Source: a virus
DNA: 64,000 bases
Virus record (IMG/VR): IMGVR_UViG_3300050158_000056
Span: 1-64,000 of that record
Direction: 5' to 3' (one strand)
Part shown: positions 28,376 through 39,053 of the stretch, in pieces
Position numbering within the stretch: position 1 is the stretch's first letter
Layout: every line of letters begins with the position of its first letter
Program-made: the position numbers and the translations under genes
Notes under the pieces: model-generated
Told to the model about the DNA's origin: nothing
What the model saw: only the letters and a program-made list of their open reading frames with translations
The model's database searches: none

Positions 28376-29698
28376 TCAGAAGTACCGACGAGTAGACTGC
28401 GGACTACCGAAATTTGACGAAGGCGATAGATTGAGTCCACCTGAACTATATCCACCACCATTATTACCAAAGTAGCTGCCGCCCATCCCAGTATTTGGGC
28501 GGTTGAATCCTAGACCGTTACCACGCATGCTATCACTGTTAGGACGCAGTGATGGAGCCATCGGATCGATCGCTTGGTCATTGATCACATGAGGACGGAA
28601 ACGACCTCCTGTATCAGCTCCACGATTGATCACCAGACCACCACTGATGGGAGGCTGACTACGACGACCCAACTCATCGACCACGTGAGGTCGAAACTTA
28701 GGACCACCGACATTGAGGTTATTACCACCACTCAGATTCAATGTGGGGGTGTCTACAGTACTGGTGTCAGTCAACTGTTTACGAGGAGGTACTGGTTGTA
28801 CCATATGCTTAGCAATAGCATATGCAAATGATGACCGATCCAGTACTGCCTGAAGTTCACCCAAATCAATAGACTCACGTTCGGCTAGTACACCATCGAT
28901 AGCAAATGCTTCTGGGATGACATCGTTGAACTTGGTATACAATTTGAGATATACAGTAAGTGTGGTCCACAGCCGAGCTGATGTCTTAAGATCAGGATCA
29001 TACGTGACAGAGAACGTCGCTAGGTCAGAAGGATCCTTGATGCCCAACACACCCATGATCGCAGTCTTGAAAGCCAGTAGAGACTTCTTACGAATATCCT
29101 TACCAAACTTCTCATCCCACTTAGGATCAGTAAGTGCATCGCACATTACCTTAGCTGTCATCTGACGATTGAGATAAGGTACAAAGATGAGATCGTCATC
29201 TTTGTTTGATGCGATCCGCTCGAGAATCTTAGAGAACTCCTCTTCAGTCTTCTCATCGATCGCATCAAACAAAGTCAGCTTCTTATCCACATGAAGACAT
29301 GTCATCCGCACAGCACTATGCGACAACTTATGATCATTGTCATCGGCAGCCAGCGCTTCCTTATGATCAATCACCTGACGTACTATATACATGAGTACGG
29401 TACTAAGATTCAGGTTAAATGCAATTCGTACAGTCTTGAAGAAGAGCTGGACTGCTTCTGATTTCTTACCAAAACCTTCGGAGTATGGATTGAAGACGTA
29501 GTGATCTCCCTTGGGAAGAGGATCTTGGAAGATGACAATCTCTTTGCCTTTTTCTGTACTATCGATTATGTGGGTATAACGCTGATCGGCACCTGGGTCA
29601 TACCAGTAGCCTTTCTCATCAGCTTCGAATAGCTTAGTAAGCGATAGTAAGAACGAGAGATCGGAGGTGATTTGAGCAGTACCATACGTTTCAGTCAT
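28376..29698 (-). CDS. phiKZ gp70-like core protein
   Basis: VFNPYSEG..SE motif, G/N-rich disordered tail, immediately downstream of PicA-like gene. Confidence 0.65.
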   Translation of the reverse strand: MTETYGTAQITSDLSFLLSLTKLFEADEKGYWYDPGADQRYTHIIDSTEKGKEIVIFQDPLPKGDHYVFNPYSEGFGKKSEAVQLFFKTVRIAFNLNLSTVLMYIVRQVIDHKEALAADDNDHKLSHSAVRMTCLHVDKKLTLFDAIDEKTEEEFSKILERIASNKDDDLIFVPYLNRQMTAKVMCDALTDPKWDEKFGKDIRKKSLLAFKTAIMGVLGIKDPSDLATFSVTYDPDLKTSARLWTTLTVYLKLYTKFNDVIPEAFAIDGVLAERESIDLGELQAVLDRSSFAYAIAKHMVQPVPPRKQLTDTSTVDTPTLNLSGGNNLNVGGPKFRPHVVDELGRRSQPPISGGLVINRGADTGGRFRPHVINDQAIDPMAPSLRPNSDSMRGNGLGFNRPNTGMGGSYFGNNGGGYSSGGLNLSPSSNFGSPQSTRRYF

Positions 29699-29786
29699 AT
29701 TTATATCCTGTTAGAATTGGATAGTGGGAGATTTCTCTCCCACTATCTCAGATCATTGTGAAGTACAGAATGATTTTTTCTTTATA

Positions 29787-31451
29787 TCAGTCTCTATTAG
29801 CCATCAGATCAAACTCTTCTGCATAAGTAGCAAATTCTCGATCATCGCTATTGAAACTATTGTTGATAGGTTGTACATCGATTACTACACCACAAAGAGA
29901 CTCAATCTCATGCGCGTTGTGTACATTAGATGCCATGTCACCTAGTAGTGGAGACACTAGCCCACCAAGACACGAAGGGAACTCAAAGTCCACATAGTTC
30001 TTGATACCCATACCAATTAGACTCAGGCGTACCGTGGTCATACCAGTAGCATTGGCGTTTACTGCCACGTGAAAATCTCTAGCACTAGCAAAAATCGTAG
30101 CGAAGATACCCCGAGTCAGCTCAACCTCCACAGCCTTGGTCATATTCACTAGATTCTGGTTAGGTACTGGATAACAAGGTGCTGCTGAGTATGTAGTAAA
30201 GTCTTCTTGAACAGATCCTTGATAATTCGCTATCGAGTACTCAAAGGTCATTTCATTGAGGCCCGCTGAATTCAAGATAGGACCGATAACCGATGTGATC
30301 AAGAATGAGAACTGATTGACGATGGATGATTCACCATGATCTGCTGTTTCGTAGAACATAGGTGTTTCAATATTAATAGGTAGTACATCCAGATCACCAT
30401 TGACCATATTACTGAGATCCAAAGCTGAGATGGTGTCGTCGATATCTAGATCCAGTACCGACGACATACGAGCTCGCTTGAGTTGCATGTTCTGACTAAG
30501 ACGCTGCCTAGCCATTTCACTATCTAGATAGTTATCTTCAAACATCAAGTTGTGCTTTTGGGTACTCAGATACCGCTCATGGATACTGTGTTCCTGAGTA
30601 CGGATGATTCCCCGCATAATGTGTGCAACATTATGAGCCGGTTGCTCCAGTAGATCAGGTACTATCTCAGATGCTTTGTTGGAGGTAATCTTAGCATGAG
30701 CTCCAGGTACGACAATCGAGTGACCAGATTGTGTCATCTCTACTGAGTTAAAGCAGTTCTCAGGAGTCATGAGGAAGAGATCAGTGTTAAGCTGATCACT
30801 ATGTAGCCCCACTGACAGGTCTCGAGATACCGATGGACGGATGATATTCTCAGATGCGTATGTATTCAGATTGGTAAATGCACCATATGCACCATGTTCC
30901 ACACTGGTACCCACAATAGTCTTATGAGTAATGACCATGTATGAATGAGGATTGAGCGTCTGACTCATAGCCGAGAATGTCGTTGTGTTAAACGGTTCAT
31001 CTACAAAGTATCCATTGTAGATACGACGAGTGTTGTTATTGGATCCAGTACTGATACTATTCATACCCAACAGACCACTGGTGGTCTCAGTCAGAATTAA
31101 TAGGAACCGCCATTTATCATTGAGGTGACTGGCCTTGAATTCGATGGCCGGTTGGATACTAGGCATTAGATTTTCATTGAGGTTGGATCTACCCATCAGA
31201 TCTCTAATCATAGTACCTGCACCGACGGTACCGCGAGATGTGAGATCGCGAACCTCCGCAGCATTACTCAGGAAGTTTTCATCGAAACGATAATTAAATG
31301 GACGCAGTCCAACGTCGCCGAATTGGCCCGAGTATGGCCGGAAGAGGTATAGAATCGCGCGGGCGTTGGTGTCAGTGAGATTGTTCTTGTTGCGCTGATC
31401 GACATAGTTGTTATTTTGGATATTTAGCCCTAGATTTAAATTGAGAGACAT
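29787..31451 (-). CDS. picA: PicA/Imp1-like phage nuclear import factor (phiKZ gp69-like)
   Basis: RPF..WRFLLIL..YNGY pattern, about 550 aa, lies between gp68-like and gp70-like genes, own early promoter. Confidence 0.65.
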   Translation of the reverse strand: MSLNLNLGLNIQNNNYVDQRNKNNLTDTNARAILYLFRPYSGQFGDVGLRPFNYRFDENFLSNAAEVRDLTSRGTVGAGTMIRDLMGRSNLNENLMPSIQPAIEFKASHLNDKWRFLLILTETTSGLLGMNSISTGSNNNTRRIYNGYFVDEPFNTTTFSAMSQTLNPHSYMVITHKTIVGTSVEHGAYGAFTNLNTYASENIIRPSVSRDLSVGLHSDQLNTDLFLMTPENCFNSVEMTQSGHSIVVPGAHAKITSNKASEIVPDLLEQPAHNVAHIMRGIIRTQEHSIHERYLSTQKHNLMFEDNYLDSEMARQRLSQNMQLKRARMSSVLDLDIDDTISALDLSNMVNGDLDVLPINIETPMFYETADHGESSIVNQFSFLITSVIGPILNSAGLNEMTFEYSIANYQGSVQEDFTTYSAAPCYPVPNQNLVNMTKAVEVELTRGIFATIFASARDFHVAVNANATGMTTVRLSLIGMGIKNYVDFEFPSCLGGLVSPLLGDMASNVHNAHEIESLCGVVIDVQPINNSFNSDDREFATYAEEFDLMANRD

Positions 31452-31498
31452 GATTCACATACTCCTTTTTGTGCGTTATCAACCATTATGTCAAATCA

Positions 31499-31524
31499 GT
31501 AATATAGCGATTCGATGTGTTTGA
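31499..31524 (-). promoter_or_regulatory. early promoter TCA-N14-CTATATTAC
   Basis: minus strand TCAaacacatcgaatcgCTATATTAC. Confidence 0.8.
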
Positions 31525-31529
31525 GCTAT

Positions 31530-32786
31530 TCAATATAAATTAGGACAGAGTCTCACCAAAGATGTAGGAGCTATAGATGCTACTGCTATATCGAAGTATA
31601 CCCCGCACAGTGGTTCATCCTTAGATGTACTATCATACCTGTACAACAAGATCAATGCTTCATCTGTGATCGTTTTGATGATCTTCATCTTGACGGGTTC
31701 TGCGATTAAGATCTCTTTGATCTCATCAGTGATACTGGGATGATGATGTACAAACTTCTCGAGTATATTGATCAGTGTATCTGGGTAGATATGTAGATCA
31801 TTGGTAAGAGCTGGACTCACTTCGTTGAACTCAGGTTCATCGAAGTGACTAATCCGATCCACTAACACATTCTTGTGAAATAGCGTGATATCATCTTCAG
31901 CTACCATGAGATCGATGTTGATATCGGAAGCTGGTAGATTATCCAAGAACTCTATGACCTGGTGAAATGATTTAGGATTCCTAGCCATCCTAGGAATATG
32001 ACTAGTGCGCAGCCTGCCTGTGGATCGTAGGTCCACACTATGCGGTATAGCCATGTTCCTGAAGTCATTAATGGTCCTCACCAATACATCATCGCTACTG
32101 TAGTGTATGGGTAACAACGATGGATCACGGGTGACATGACCCAGTATCTCTTTTAGATGACTACTGGACATGTCGTAATACGGCATCCTACCTATGTCCG
32201 ATGATAACTTCAGTATGGTGTGCTCGATCTGGTCGGTACTGAAGTTAAGATCAGCTGTAGGAGTATCTGATATGGCTCTGATGAGATCATTTTGAATCCA
32301 ATCGATAATTGGATGATCTATCTTTTTCTTGAACACCTGATCGTGTAGAATAAGATCATTTAAGATAGTAGTCATCGGGTCACAGCTGATAGGTCCCACA
32401 CCTACTAATTCATTCCTGATGTAATTGAGACTAGGGAGATGATTGAATCGATATCCTTTCATCTTACCAGATTTAATCTTAGTCCTCACTGGGATGAGAT
32501 ACTTATTGTCTTTGTAGTAGTGGATAGTCTCTGAAAAGACATCTCCACCACCCCGACTATGATCCCTGAAATATTCGATAGTTTTTACCAGTGGGATACT
32601 ATCACGAGATGATCCCATATCGCCAGTATGGAGTGGATGACCTAGTAGGATATTGGCGGTAGGATCACCCATCTCATCATCGCTATCACATTCTCCTTCT
32701 CCGTAGAATAAGAACTGAGTATCACCTATCGACATCGGGGTATCTACTTCCCTGACGATAGGTTCTAAATGTAATATTGCTTCCAT
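31530..32786 (-). CDS. hypothetical protein
   Basis: 418-aa ORF between gp68-like and PicA-like genes. Confidence 0.6.
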   Translation of the reverse strand: MEAILHLEPIVREVDTPMSIGDTQFLFYGEGECDSDDEMGDPTANILLGHPLHTGDMGSSRDSIPLVKTIEYFRDHSRGGGDVFSETIHYYKDNKYLIPVRTKIKSGKMKGYRFNHLPSLNYIRNELVGVGPISCDPMTTILNDLILHDQVFKKKIDHPIIDWIQNDLIRAISDTPTADLNFSTDQIEHTILKLSSDIGRMPYYDMSSSHLKEILGHVTRDPSLLPIHYSSDDVLVRTINDFRNMAIPHSVDLRSTGRLRTSHIPRMARNPKSFHQVIEFLDNLPASDINIDLMVAEDDITLFHKNVLVDRISHFDEPEFNEVSPALTNDLHIYPDTLINILEKFVHHHPSITDEIKEILIAEPVKMKIIKTITDEALILLYRYDSTSKDEPLCGVYFDIAVASIAPTSLVRLCPNLY

Positions 32787-32808
32787 TTAAGGCGTCCCTA
32801 ACGATACT

Positions 32809-34494
32809 TTAAAATGGCTTAGTCCCATCATGGAGAATCAGATACAGATTACAAAGATTACGCAGTGTGTTTTCATCAAACTTACACTCAGTACCTAACA
32901 TGGGTCTATCTGATACACCACTGAACTCCCACAACGCTGGAGCCATATTCTCCTTATGAGAATAGTGGATAAGCCATTCTGCCATCTTGTTAATGTGATT
33001 GATGAAATCGATACGATTGACTTCCTGCTTTCTAGCAGAAGTCTTCTTACCGAATGTGTTTACTGGTTTTTCTACAAATCCCTTAAATAGATCATTGCAC
33101 CTATGATACTCAGCTGACTTTAGATTAGCCATCACACGTGAGCTCACACCAGATACACCCACATCAATTGGATTGACCGATGTAATGGATGATGCTAACG
33201 CGCATAGATCTAACATACCGTGATTGATCAAGAAGATCTGGAGGATAACTACGATGCGCTGATAGATCGGTACTGGTAGATATCCTAGACACTTAGACCC
33301 ACCAAACCTAGTCCCTATAAACGATGCCACCATGGCCTGTGTGATAGGAGTCACATCAAAGTTATTGGCGGCATAATACGAAACAGCCTGTTCGTACACA
33401 TCGATTGGTGTATTGGTGTCGTGGAGGAGTTTAGGAAGCTCCCAGTGAGTGACAGCAGTGGTTACTAAGATAGGCACATCGATGGGCTTCTTAGAAGTCT
33501 TAGATGCATGATCTAGGATACTACTATTATCCTCAGTGTCATAAGACGGTAGTGGTCTACGAGGCATAACCGTCATATCTTTACGCATAGTCTTAATCTT
33601 AGTATCAGCAGTCTTTTTGATACCATCATCGATATAAACCATAGCGTTAGGTACATTACCATCGCGTAGTTTCGTAAAGCACTCATATGTAGCTAGACGT
33701 TTTACGATGATAGTCGCCATAACGATCGACTCAAACATCTCATCATCGACACCGCCACCGTGAGTGAGGATAAACCCAGTTTGAGCATTACCCATTGGAT
33801 TCTTGTCTATGGCTTTGCGAGTATCGGCAATCAAAGAACTTAAGTAATGAGAGAGCTTACTGTAGATGCGCTCCATAGCTCCTTCTTCAAGACTGGGTTC
33901 GATAAGATCAAACGCTAACTTCTCTCGTTGATTAGGACCGATGTTAATGCTATCTAATGCTTTTACAAACTCACCCCAGATAGGTACCATGAGCTTACTC
34001 ATGACACTTATGGCTGTCAGCTCAGCATAGTCGTCTTCTAAGAAAGTCTTTTCCTTGGTGTGATGAGCTTCTTTACCGACATTAGAAAGATCAGGATAAA
34101 GGAATGGGGCACCTTTACAAAAGGTGATCATTCGAGCTCCGATATTGAGTCGGTTGGTAGTGTGGAAAACTTTAGTCTGGATATTCTCTTGAACAGTCCG
34201 ACGATTCTCTTTGTTCATCCCATCGATCTGCTTTTTGGCATACCGATACATCTCGTATAGAGATTCATGTTCTTTTTGAGACAATAGCTTGTAGAACAAG
34301 TTAATGGGATGTAGAATCAGATCACCGATGTGCTTTTCATCATACTTAGCGATCTTTTCATATGTCTTAATCGAGAAGACGATGTCAGGCTTACCTTCGA
34401 TGTTTACATTATGTTCGTCTCTGAGGCTCACAGAGGCATCCATGAACGTCGAAACAGATGTCCCTGGGGGGTTGGTGCGGAGAATGCTCAGCAT
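32809..34494 (-). CDS. nvRNAP promoter-specificity subunit (phiKZ gp68-like)
   Basis: TFLEDDYAELTAISVMSKLMVPIWGEF, EDNSSILD motifs; 561 aa; synteny. Confidence 0.75.
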   Translation of the reverse strand: MLSILRTNPPGTSVSTFMDASVSLRDEHNVNIEGKPDIVFSIKTYEKIAKYDEKHIGDLILHPINLFYKLLSQKEHESLYEMYRYAKKQIDGMNKENRRTVQENIQTKVFHTTNRLNIGARMITFCKGAPFLYPDLSNVGKEAHHTKEKTFLEDDYAELTAISVMSKLMVPIWGEFVKALDSINIGPNQREKLAFDLIEPSLEEGAMERIYSKLSHYLSSLIADTRKAIDKNPMGNAQTGFILTHGGGVDDEMFESIVMATIIVKRLATYECFTKLRDGNVPNAMVYIDDGIKKTADTKIKTMRKDMTVMPRRPLPSYDTEDNSSILDHASKTSKKPIDVPILVTTAVTHWELPKLLHDTNTPIDVYEQAVSYYAANNFDVTPITQAMVASFIGTRFGGSKCLGYLPVPIYQRIVVILQIFLINHGMLDLCALASSITSVNPIDVGVSGVSSRVMANLKSAEYHRCNDLFKGFVEKPVNTFGKKTSARKQEVNRIDFINHINKMAEWLIHYSHKENMAPALWEFSGVSDRPMLGTECKFDENTLRNLCNLYLILHDGTKPF

Positions 34495-34754
34495 CGTTGA
34501 AATAGTCCTCTACAATGGTCACATAAGATTCTAACGAAAAGTATAATTATAAATATCGAAATTGATGACTTTTTTAACATCAAATGTTGGGTCATTCATA
34601 TACGATCATTCTAGTAATGGTCTATCTCAAAATGAGATTTCCACAGGCACTTACGTAGCTGTAGCTTTAAACGGTCGACCCGACCGCGGTTAACTTATGC
34701 CGCCCTGTTATTTATAAATGAGTTTCATATATTACTAACTCCATAATCAAATCA

Positions 34755-34780
34755 GTAATATAGTGATTCGATGACAATGA
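34755..34780 (-). promoter_or_regulatory. early promoter TCA-N14-CTATATTAC
   Basis: minus strand TCAttgtcatcgaatcaCTATATTAC. Confidence 0.8.
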
Positions 34781-34785
34781 GTGGC

Positions 34786-34816
34786 TGGAGGTAGGAGGTT
34801 GCCCCTCCTACCTCCA
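34786..34816 (-). terminator. hairpin after chmC-like gene
   Basis: TGGAGGTAGGAGG-ttgcc-CCTCCTACCTCCA. Confidence 0.7.
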
Positions 34817-34824
34817 TTAACCTA

Positions 34825-35499
34825 TTAAAGTAGATTGAGCTCAGATTCAGTATCTGGCGCACCGCCAAATGTAGAACTCTGCGACTGAGCGGGAGGACGG
34901 CTGTAGTTATTACCACCCCCGCTCTGGTTAAAGCCCCCACGGTTACCGCCGCCGCTAGGTGCACCACCAGTGTTCTGCCGCTTAAATGCAGTGAGCCGCT
35001 CAGCTACAGCTGAGTTCTTGAGTACATTGATGATAAAGCTAATATCAGCCTTAAGTGAGTCCTTCTCATTCATCGACGTATTCGAGAAGTCGAAGCGGCC
35101 ATCCTTCTTGACGACAAACAGATAGCGATTGGGGAGTTCGTTCGCTGCGACATCGATATAGAAGCTCAGATTATCATCGATACCAAAACCGATACAACCA
35201 TACTGCTTAAAACCCTTACGACCATCAGCTTCTTCAAAACGATTGAGGAACACTGGTTCACGCTTAGGACGAGGATCCGCGATCATATTCTCCAAGAGGA
35301 TGATAAACGAATCGATCGTCTTACGAGGAAGAGTCAGCTTCCATGGCTTACCACCTTGACCAGTGAAGATACAGAAGCTAGAAAAGCCTCCGAATACATC
35401 GAATGACAAAGACACGTTCTTGTCTTCCTTAGAAGGGAGACGAAATAGTCCCGACTGAGTAAGATTCTCGAAACTATATTGAGTAGGAGCTTGTGACAT
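34825..35499 (-). CDS. chmC: ChmC-like nucleus-associated RNA-binding protein (phiKZ gp67-like)
   Basis: beta-rich core plus G/N/S-rich disordered acidic tail; directly upstream of gp68-like gene; GC-ending codons. Confidence 0.65.
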   Translation of the reverse strand: MSQAPTQYSFENLTQSGLFRLPSKEDKNVSLSFDVFGGFSSFCIFTGQGGKPWKLTLPRKTIDSFIILLENMIADPRPKREPVFLNRFEEADGRKGFKQYGCIGFGIDDNLSFYIDVAANELPNRYLFVVKKDGRFDFSNTSMNEKDSLKADISFIINVLKNSAVAERLTAFKRQNTGGAPSGGGNRGGFNQSGGGNNYSRPPAQSQSSTFGGAPDTESELNLL

Positions 35500-35568
35500 A
35501 AATATCCTTTTTGGGGTTATAGGAGACTGGTTATACAATTGAAGACTAATCTGTCTAATATTAGATCA

Positions 35569-36483
35569 TCAAATGAAATCGTATTTTCTAAAAGTACTAG
35601 TAGGTAAGTTAAGCTTCCTAACTATCTTACCTAATAAATCATCATTACTTCTAGATGACCATCTCTCTTTTTCTGCTTGTTCTAACAACTCTCGTTTTAT
35701 CTTAATACCGATCCAGGATTTAATCAAGACACCATCACCGAAGATGACGTGGGTGATGGGTAGGAAGGGAATCCTCCCCTCCTTATCTAATTTTAAACCA
35801 AAATCACGAGGATGTTTTACTAAGCCAGTATAACTCTCTAAGAGCTGTACATTTCTGATACGAAAACTAAGGTACCAATCTAGTGGTATGTGTGAAATTA
35901 ATCCAACGCTGTCTCCTGTAGAATACAGACTAGTGGGATGATTAGTGATCTCACGAAACTTACTAGCGACATCTTTGTGTGGGTAGGTACTACCACCTGC
36001 TTTTATCCAGAAACATTTTACAAACTCGAGTTGTTTAACCTGTCCGGTATGATTACCATGTTTACCTAGAAACTTCTTATACATAGCTAAGAAAGCCAAG
36101 TGCTTTTCAGAACTATCTCTGAGGATCTCGTTCGGTAGGTCATGATAATCTGGAAAGTAAATTATCACTGGAGCCTGTTTATTCCTAGATAGCGTACCTA
36201 ACACTAACGATAAGTACGTATCATAATACTCTAGGAAAAGATTTACATCTTTTACAAAACCTTCTTCCATATCACTCATAGTGGGTTGTTTATGCATGGA
36301 ATAGATATTTCGAAAAATAGTAAAAGCTGAAATCACAAAAGCTGAGAACTGGGGCTTCTTGTCGCTAGAAGCCCCAGCTACAAACTTGTTTAATATTCGG
36401 TTAAACCCGATACTACCACCGCGAATAAGCTCGCTGCCATCCTCAGATTTCGGCATGGTAGATTCATCTGGGAATGCTCCCAT
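35569..36483 (-). CDS. phiKZ gp66-like core protein (PIN/5' nuclease-like)
   Basis: TIFRN, SHIPLD, LLESYTG, IFGD motifs; position after SbcD. Confidence 0.65.
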   Translation of the reverse strand: MGAFPDESTMPKSEDGSELIRGGSIGFNRILNKFVAGASSDKKPQFSAFVISAFTIFRNIYSMHKQPTMSDMEEGFVKDVNLFLEYYDTYLSLVLGTLSRNKQAPVIIYFPDYHDLPNEILRDSSEKHLAFLAMYKKFLGKHGNHTGQVKQLEFVKCFWIKAGGSTYPHKDVASKFREITNHPTSLYSTGDSVGLISHIPLDWYLSFRIRNVQLLESYTGLVKHPRDFGLKLDKEGRIPFLPITHVIFGDGVLIKSWIGIKIKRELLEQAEKERWSSRSNDDLLGKIVRKLNLPTSTFRKYDFI

Positions 36484-36498
36484 ATCGCCCTCCTTGGA

Positions 36499-37641
36499 CT
36501 ATGTAGGGGGAGTAGATAAATACTCATCTATCTGCTCGATGGTTAAGTCATAGTCTTCTGGTATATGTGCTCGTACAAATGAAGCTATCGTCTTGGGAGT
36601 AGGAGCCACCTGACGCTCTTTCTTAGTCACCACAACTGATGACATCAGTGAGAAGTTTTGTGACTTACTATCTACCTCAGTTTTGATAGTGCATTTTACT
36701 TTAGGATAATGTTCACCCAACCAAGCCTTGATGGCTTTTCCTAGTTCACTAGACTCAATCACGATCCTAAGTGAAATAGTCCTATAGGTAGTAATACTGG
36801 ATAAGTATTCGATGATCTTAGTACGGATGATGTCAGTATCTGGATTATCTTTAAAATACAAAGTCGAGAATATAGCAGAGTTCTTGTTCTCTATGAACTG
36901 AGCTTTATACTTATCAGGATAATCTAATACTTTAACATATCCTTTGGGATCTTCATCACCGTGGTTGAGTCTATCGAAGCTACCATTGCTGACTACTTTA
37001 CCACTGATACGATGTTGATGGACATGACCTACATCTATCATCTTTTTGATAAATGGAAACTGGGACTCTCTAAACACGATACAGTTTTCTTGACTGATAG
37101 CTTTAGGATAAGTAAAGTCAAAGAATCCATGCATACACCCATAATCCAATTCATCCCATCCACGCTCCACCATCCTGTCTTTAATAACAGAGACGATTTC
37201 GTCGGATGATTTAAATGGTAGATCATCTGGTACATACATCACTCGTATGGATCTATCTCCACGCGTGATTTCTTCTAACTCTATAGTGCCCATAAACTTA
37301 AAGTCAAATGTGAACTTATTGTTCTTATAAAAGGTAATGAACCTTTCGCATTGTTTTCTATCGTGAGTGAATGTACCTTGTAATACTCGTAGAGTCACAT
37401 TGTGCATATCACATAATCTAAATAGTCCCATGATGACTTCATAGACTGGATCGAATCCATAGTTGTCAAACAACACTAATGTGTCGAAGAAGTCGCCATT
37501 CAAAAACATGATATCGGTTTCAGGTAATATAGGAAAGAATGCATCAGCAAATGCATCTGCCATTTCTTTTTGATCTATAGACCTAATACCAAGATGCAGA
37601 TCACTAGCGAATAGTAGCCTAAGAGGCTCACTCATCGTCAT
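36499..37641 (-). CDS. sbcD: SbcD/Mre11-like metallophosphoesterase nuclease (phiKZ gp65-like)
   Basis: SDLH, NGDFFD, GTFTHD, MHG, GHVH, GSFDR. Confidence 0.9.
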   Translation of the reverse strand: MTMSEPLRLLFASDLHLGIRSIDQKEMADAFADAFFPILPETDIMFLNGDFFDTLVLFDNYGFDPVYEVIMGLFRLCDMHNVTLRVLQGTFTHDRKQCERFITFYKNNKFTFDFKFMGTIELEEITRGDRSIRVMYVPDDLPFKSSDEIVSVIKDRMVERGWDELDYGCMHGFFDFTYPKAISQENCIVFRESQFPFIKKMIDVGHVHQHRISGKVVSNGSFDRLNHGDEDPKGYVKVLDYPDKYKAQFIENKNSAIFSTLYFKDNPDTDIIRTKIIEYLSSITTYRTISLRIVIESSELGKAIKAWLGEHYPKVKCTIKTEVDSKSQNFSLMSSVVVTKKERQVAPTPKTIASFVRAHIPEDYDLTIEQIDEYLSTPPT

Positions 37642-38296
37642 CTAACGATGTAGTACCCACCATAGCCTGATCTTCTTTATCCTGCTCTACAGCGGCCACC
37701 AGATCCTTCTTGAGCTCTGGATTGAGGTTGTTCTCCACAAAGAGCTTTTGGATCAGAGCTGAATCATTCCTTACCTTCTTAAAGTAAGCTAGACTATCAG
37801 GAGCTGAGTTAGCAGTAGCTAGATCTCGTAGAGAGGCATCTAGGATCATCATGTCTCTGGTAACATTAGATGTGCGATTCACAGCCGCTGGTACACTATC
37901 ACGATTGTTAGTAGTACCTACAGCATCACTCTTAAACCTAGTCCATACTCGATCTAAAAAGTACACCGCTCGTGGGTCTTCTTTACTAAAGATCACGATT
38001 GTGGGATGATACATGTTGATACCCAGACTGAGCTTATACTGGTTATACAAACGATGCATCTCTAGTTTGTAACCAGAGTCCTTATCGTATCGTTCTTTGT
38101 CGTAATTGAATAAGGGGATATAAGGCTCAAACTGAGCATATGTAATGATGTTAGGACGCTCTGATTCTTCCAGTAGTTTGTTACCTTCTTTGGCCACGAT
38201 AGCGGCTAGATGGTTTTTACTGATAGACTCCTTGATCTTATCATGATCCACAGTATCTGGGATAGGGGCATCTTTAATTTCAGGGGGGATAGCCAT
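37628..38296 (-). CDS. hypothetical protein
   Basis: AAGGA RBS, acidic tail, overlaps sbcD start. Confidence 0.65.
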   Translation of the reverse strand: MAIPPEIKDAPIPDTVDHDKIKESISKNHLAAIVAKEGNKLLEESERPNIITYAQFEPYIPLFNYDKERYDKDSGYKLEMHRLYNQYKLSLGINMYHPTIVIFSKEDPRAVYFLDRVWTRFKSDAVGTTNNRDSVPAAVNRTSNVTRDMMILDASLRDLATANSAPDSLAYFKKVRNDSALIQKLFVENNLNPELKKDLVAAVEQDKEDQAMVGTTSLDDDE

Positions 38297-38361
38297 CTAC
38301 TTAGTATCCTTTTTCGAGTATTACATAGTGTCATATATACCAGAATAATAACTAATGTAGA

Positions 38362-38775
38362 CTACAGATAGCTAGTGAGTAGGTTATTTTCAGGTATTAC
38401 GAGTCTACCATTTTTGAGAGATATAGTAGCACCAGTCTGACCGATCTCTCCAGAAAGCATAGTGTAAATGATACTGATAGTGATATCATAAGTACCACTA
38501 GCATCAGTGAGTGCATTGGTTACAGCTACAGTGATCTTACGCTCTGCATCGAAGATACGATTGAAGCATCCCTGTAGGTCACTCTGTATGTTATTACAGA
38601 GCGTATCAGCATCTCTATGAAACTTAGCTACTAGCCAAGGGAGAGATATAATCAGATCTGGTACTATAGGTACAGTGTGTTGAGGGGTCCTAAAGAACCT
38701 ATTGAGAGTATAGGCTATAACTGACTGTACGTCATCGACGTATAGTGATCCAGTTAGGCTAGGTACAGTTACCAT
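38362..38775 (-). CDS. phiKZ gp62-like core protein
   Basis: VPSL..ISLP..IQSDL..FNRIF pattern; synteny. Confidence 0.55.
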   Translation of the reverse strand: MVTVPSLTGSLYVDDVQSVIAYTLNRFFRTPQHTVPIVPDLIISLPWLVAKFHRDADTLCNNIQSDLQGCFNRIFDAERKITVAVTNALTDASGTYDITISIIYTMLSGEIGQTGATISLKNGRLVIPENNLLTSYL

Positions 38776-38827
38776 GATTTATAACTCCATATATAGATAT
38801 CATCACATCATGGTTCTGATACTTACC

Positions 38828-39052
38828 TTATAGATATTTCTTAGGACTTATATGACTCGTAGCTTTATCTATATTCGACATATTACGGAAGAAGCCTTTT
38901 CCGAATATACGATCGAATAATGACTCGTTCCTCTGGTCTTCTTTTTCGGATAGTAGCGTATAGACTTCAGCTAACCATTCTCTACGTACAGTGATCTTGT
39001 CGTCAGGATTACCCTGAGACATAGCCTTTGAGGATCCCATATCGATAGCCAT
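38828..39052 (-). CDS. hypothetical protein
   Basis: GAGG RBS before MAIDMG. Confidence 0.5.
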   Translation of the reverse strand: MAIDMGSSKAMSQGNPDDKITVRREWLAEVYTLLSEKEDQRNESLFDRIFGKGFFRNMSNIDKATSHISPKKYL

Positions 39053-39053
39053 G

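Noticed and set aside
34728-34735. TATATTAC on the + strand
   Set aside because: Lacks the preceding C and the TCA at 14-nt spacing; points at no + strand gene
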